Notes under the pieces: model-generated | Seen by the model: the letters and a program-made list of their open reading frames with translations, nothing else | The model's database searches: none | What the model was told of the DNA's origin: nothing | Made by a program: the position numbers and the translations under genes | Shown here: piece by piece, positions 60,702-63,054 of the stretch | Numbering within the stretch: the first letter of the stretch is position 1 | Layout of the letters: every line of letters starts with the position of its first letter | Assembly (NCBI GenBank): GCA_037927135.1 | Contig: JAXSPP010000003.1 | Span: forward strand, 104,471 to 167,524 | Source of the DNA: Candidatus Pampinifervens sinense | Lineage (GTDB): Bacteria > Aquificota > Aquificia > Aquificales > Aquificaceae | DNA: 63,054 nucleotides | Direction of reading: 5' to 3'

Positions 60702-61914
60702 AAGGAGCTTTATCAAAAAAGGTCTTCTGGTTGCGGGTGGTCTTACACTGTCTGCTCCCTACATCAGCAGGGCACAAGGGAAGATAAGGATAGGTTATAT
60801 ACCCCTAACAGACTGTGCCTCTGTGGTAATGGCAAAGGAGCTTGGACTTTACAAAAAGTACGGTGTAGATGTGGAGATATCTAAGGAAGCAAGCTGGCCA
60901 AACGTTAGGGACAAGCTGCTAAACGGAGAGCTTAAGGCCTCCCATTGTCTCTTTGGTATGCCCTTCTCCGTTTATATGGGTATAGGCGGTCCTGCGGGCA
61001 AGGTTATGCCCATAGGCATGATTTTAAACTTCAACGGTCAAGCTATTACCCTTTCTCAAGAAGACTTTGGTGGTAAAGTAGGCTTTAGAGAGATAAATAA
61101 GGTAAAGCAGGTGATAGAAGAGCTTAAAAGGAAAGGTAAAACACCCACCTTTGCCATGACCTTTCCAGGAGGAACTCATGACATTTGGCTAAGGTACTGG
61201 CTCGGAGCCTGTGGTGTAAACCCAAACAGGGATGTAAGGGTAATACCCATACCACCGCCGCAGATGGTGGCCAACATGAGGGTGGGTAATATGGACGGCT
61301 ACTGCGTTGGAGAGCCGTGGAATGAGGTGGCCGTGAGGGAAGGCGTGGGCTTTACCCATCTTGCAACCCAAGACATATGGAGGGATCATCCAGAAAAGGC
61401 CTTGGTTTTCAACCAGGAGTTCTTCAGTAAGAATGTGGAAGAGGTAAAAGCTATTATTAAAGCGGTGCTTGAAGCAAGCAGATGGCTTGATGACCTTAAA
61501 AACAGAAGGGAAGCCTCCAAGGTGCTTGCAAGGTATGTGAACGCCAAAGCTGAGGATATAGAGACAAGGCTCCTTGGCCTTTACCATCTTGGCAAGGGGC
61601 TTGGAGAATACAGATACAAGGATGATTACATGCTCTTCTTTAAAGGTGGCGAGGTAAACATACCCAAGTATTCCTACGGCATATTCTTTCTTGCTCAATA
61701 CAGGAGATGGGGGATGGTAAAACAGGTTCCCGATTATCTTGGCATATCAAAAAAGCTCATAGCTAAGCCCCTTTTCCTTGAGGTGGCAAAAGAGCTGAAC
61801 ATAAAGGTAAAGGACGATGATATGAAGCCTCTGAGGGGCTTTATAGATGGTGTGGTTTTTGACCCAAACAAACCAGAACAATCCATAAAGGTATACAAGG
61901 TCAGGGAGGTGTAA
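60694..61914 (+). CDS. nrtA: NrtA/CmpA-family nitrate/nitrite ABC substrate-binding protein
   Basis: Tat motif DRRSFIK, GYIPLTDCA, AMTFPGGTHDIWLRYWL, IPPPQMVANM, CVGEPWN, HPEK. Confidence 0.88.
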   Translation: MDRRSFIKKGLLVAGGLTLSAPYISRAQGKIRIGYIPLTDCASVVMAKELGLYKKYGVDVEISKEASWPNVRDKLLNGELKASHCLFGMPFSVYMGIGGPAGKVMPIGMILNFNGQAITLSQEDFGGKVGFREINKVKQVIEELKRKGKTPTFAMTFPGGTHDIWLRYWLGACGVNPNRDVRVIPIPPPQMVANMRVGNMDGYCVGEPWNEVAVREGVGFTHLATQDIWRDHPEKALVFNQEFFSKNVEEVKAIIKAVLEASRWLDDLKNRREASKVLARYVNAKAEDIETRLLGLYHLGKGLGEYRYKDDYMLFFKGGEVNIPKYSYGIFFLAQYRRWGMVKQVPDYLGISKKLIAKPLFLEVAKELNIKVKDDDMKPLRGFIDGVVFDPNKPEQSIKVYKVREV

Positions 61915-61916
61915 AA

Positions 61917-62741
61917 ATGGTACGTACTGAGAAAGGTTTAAAGTTTAAACTTATAGAGCTTTCTATTAAGCTTGGTACCCTCTCCACTGTTGCCGCTGCC
62001 ATAATCCTCCCTGTCTTCGGCGCCTTTCTTTTTTTACTCTTTTGGTACACACTTTCTCTTCTTGTAAAAGAGCTACCAGGACCTATAAGCACCTTAAAGA
62101 CACTTTTTGACCTCCTTTCTAACCCTTTTTACGACCTTGGACCTAACGATAAGGGTATAGGTTGGCAGTTGCTCACATCTTTGAAAAGGGTTTTCCTTGG
62201 TTTTCTTATAGGTTCTCTCATCGCTCTGCCGGTGGGCTTTCTCATAGGAATGAGCTTAAAGCTTAAGGAGATTTTAAACCCTATCGTACAGGTTCTCAGA
62301 CCCGTCTCACCCATGGCATGGTTCCCCATAGGGCTTGCCATCTTTAAGTCCTCCAACGATGCCTCCATCTTCGTTATCGCCATCACCTCCCTTTGGCCCA
62401 CCCTTATAAATACCGCTTTAGGTGTCTCTTCCCTCCCTGAGGACTATAAAAACCTCTCAAGGGTTTTTGGCTTTCCGCTACGCTACTACATAACAAAGGT
62501 TTTGCTTCCATACAGCCTTCCCTACATCTTAACCGGCTTTCGCCTAAGCCTTGGCATAGGGTGGATGGTAATAGTGGCTTCCGAGATGCTGGCCGGTGGC
62601 ATAGGCATAGGCTTTTTTGTATGGGATTCATGGAACGCCCTAAACTTGGAGAATGTGTTGTCCGCAATCCTACTTATAGGCCTGGTGGGTCTTTTCATAG
62701 ACATGCTCTTTGCAAGGCTCATAGAAAGGCTAAGGAGGTAA
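61917..62741 (+). CDS. nrtB: Nitrate ABC transporter permease
   Basis: NPFYDLGPNDKGIGWQ, LRPVSPMAW, WPTLINTA, WMVIVASEML. Confidence 0.9.
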   Translation: MVRTEKGLKFKLIELSIKLGTLSTVAAAIILPVFGAFLFLLFWYTLSLLVKELPGPISTLKTLFDLLSNPFYDLGPNDKGIGWQLLTSLKRVFLGFLIGSLIALPVGFLIGMSLKLKEILNPIVQVLRPVSPMAWFPIGLAIFKSSNDASIFVIAITSLWPTLINTALGVSSLPEDYKNLSRVFGFPLRYYITKVLLPYSLPYILTGFRLSLGIGWMVIVASEMLAGGIGIGFFVWDSWNALNLENVLSAILLIGLVGLFIDMLFARLIERLRR

Positions 62742-62745
62742 AGAT

Positions 62746-63054
62746 ATGAGAGGTTATTTGGAAGTCTTTAACCTTACAGTGCGCTTTGGCAATCATGTCA
62801 TACTCCATGGACTGGACCTTCTTGTGGAAAAGGGCGAGTTTGTAAGCATAATAGGACACTCTGGCTGTGGTAAATCCACCCTTTTGGGTGTTATTGCAGG
62901 CCTTATAAAACCTTCTGAGGGTTCTGTGGTGCTTGATGGTAAGGAGGTTTTGGAACCAGGCCCGGACAGAGCCATGGTCTTTCAAAACTATTCCCTTCTG
63001 CCTTGGCTTTCTGTGTATGAAAACGTTATGCTTGCAGTAAGGTCGGTTTTTAAG
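62746..63054 (+). CDS. Nitrate ABC transporter ATP-binding subunit (NrtC/D), truncated by window end
   Basis: Not in the ORF track. Translates MRGYLEVFNL...IIGHSGCGKSTLL...PGPDRAMVFQNYSLLPWLSVYENV; SD AAGGAGG. Confidence 0.9.
   Translation, partial: MRGYLEVFNLTVRFGNHVILHGLDLLVEKGEFVSIIGHSGCGKSTLLGVIAGLIKPSEGSVVLDGKEVLEPGPDRAMVFQNYSLLPWLSVYENVMLAVRSVFK

Overview
A 63-kb window that looks like an Aquificaceae (Hydrogenobacter/Thermocrinis/Aquifex-like) chromosome. The basis is the purine-rich codon usage, an Aquifex-type CC-adding enzyme, scattered ATP synthase genes and many apparently leaderless genes. Housekeeping and metabolic content: purB, three tandem DUF29 paralogs, trpB, atpG-atpD, rph, an actP-like symporter/DUF294/exonuclease operon, tRNA-fMet, an M24 peptidase, rpoN, hemN, a selenocysteine formate dehydrogenase operon with its tRNA-Sec, thrS, plsC, mobB, thrB, coaX, pstSCAB, and a sigma-54-driven nitrate/nitrite assimilation locus. 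A ~16-kb accessory/defence island (about 12200-28440) abuts the tRNA-fMet 3' end. It holds a broken TIGR04255-like gene plus HEPN gene, a PLD-SNF2 helicase with a Type IIG-like methyltransferase, a CD-NTase-like protein apparently lacking its catalytic core, and an ABC-type ATPase/PIN pair. Its most notable element is a two-gene operon: a RecB-type nuclease-SF2 helicase fusion followed by a highly divergent, probably catalytically inactive Argonaute (MID-PIWI)-like protein. The second notable find is an identical 20-bp Pho-box-like element, at identical spacing from a -10 box, upstream of both pstS and a V4R-MglB-MglA-HEAT-EAL/GGDEF signalling operon. All family calls come from motif recognition by eye; no searches were run.
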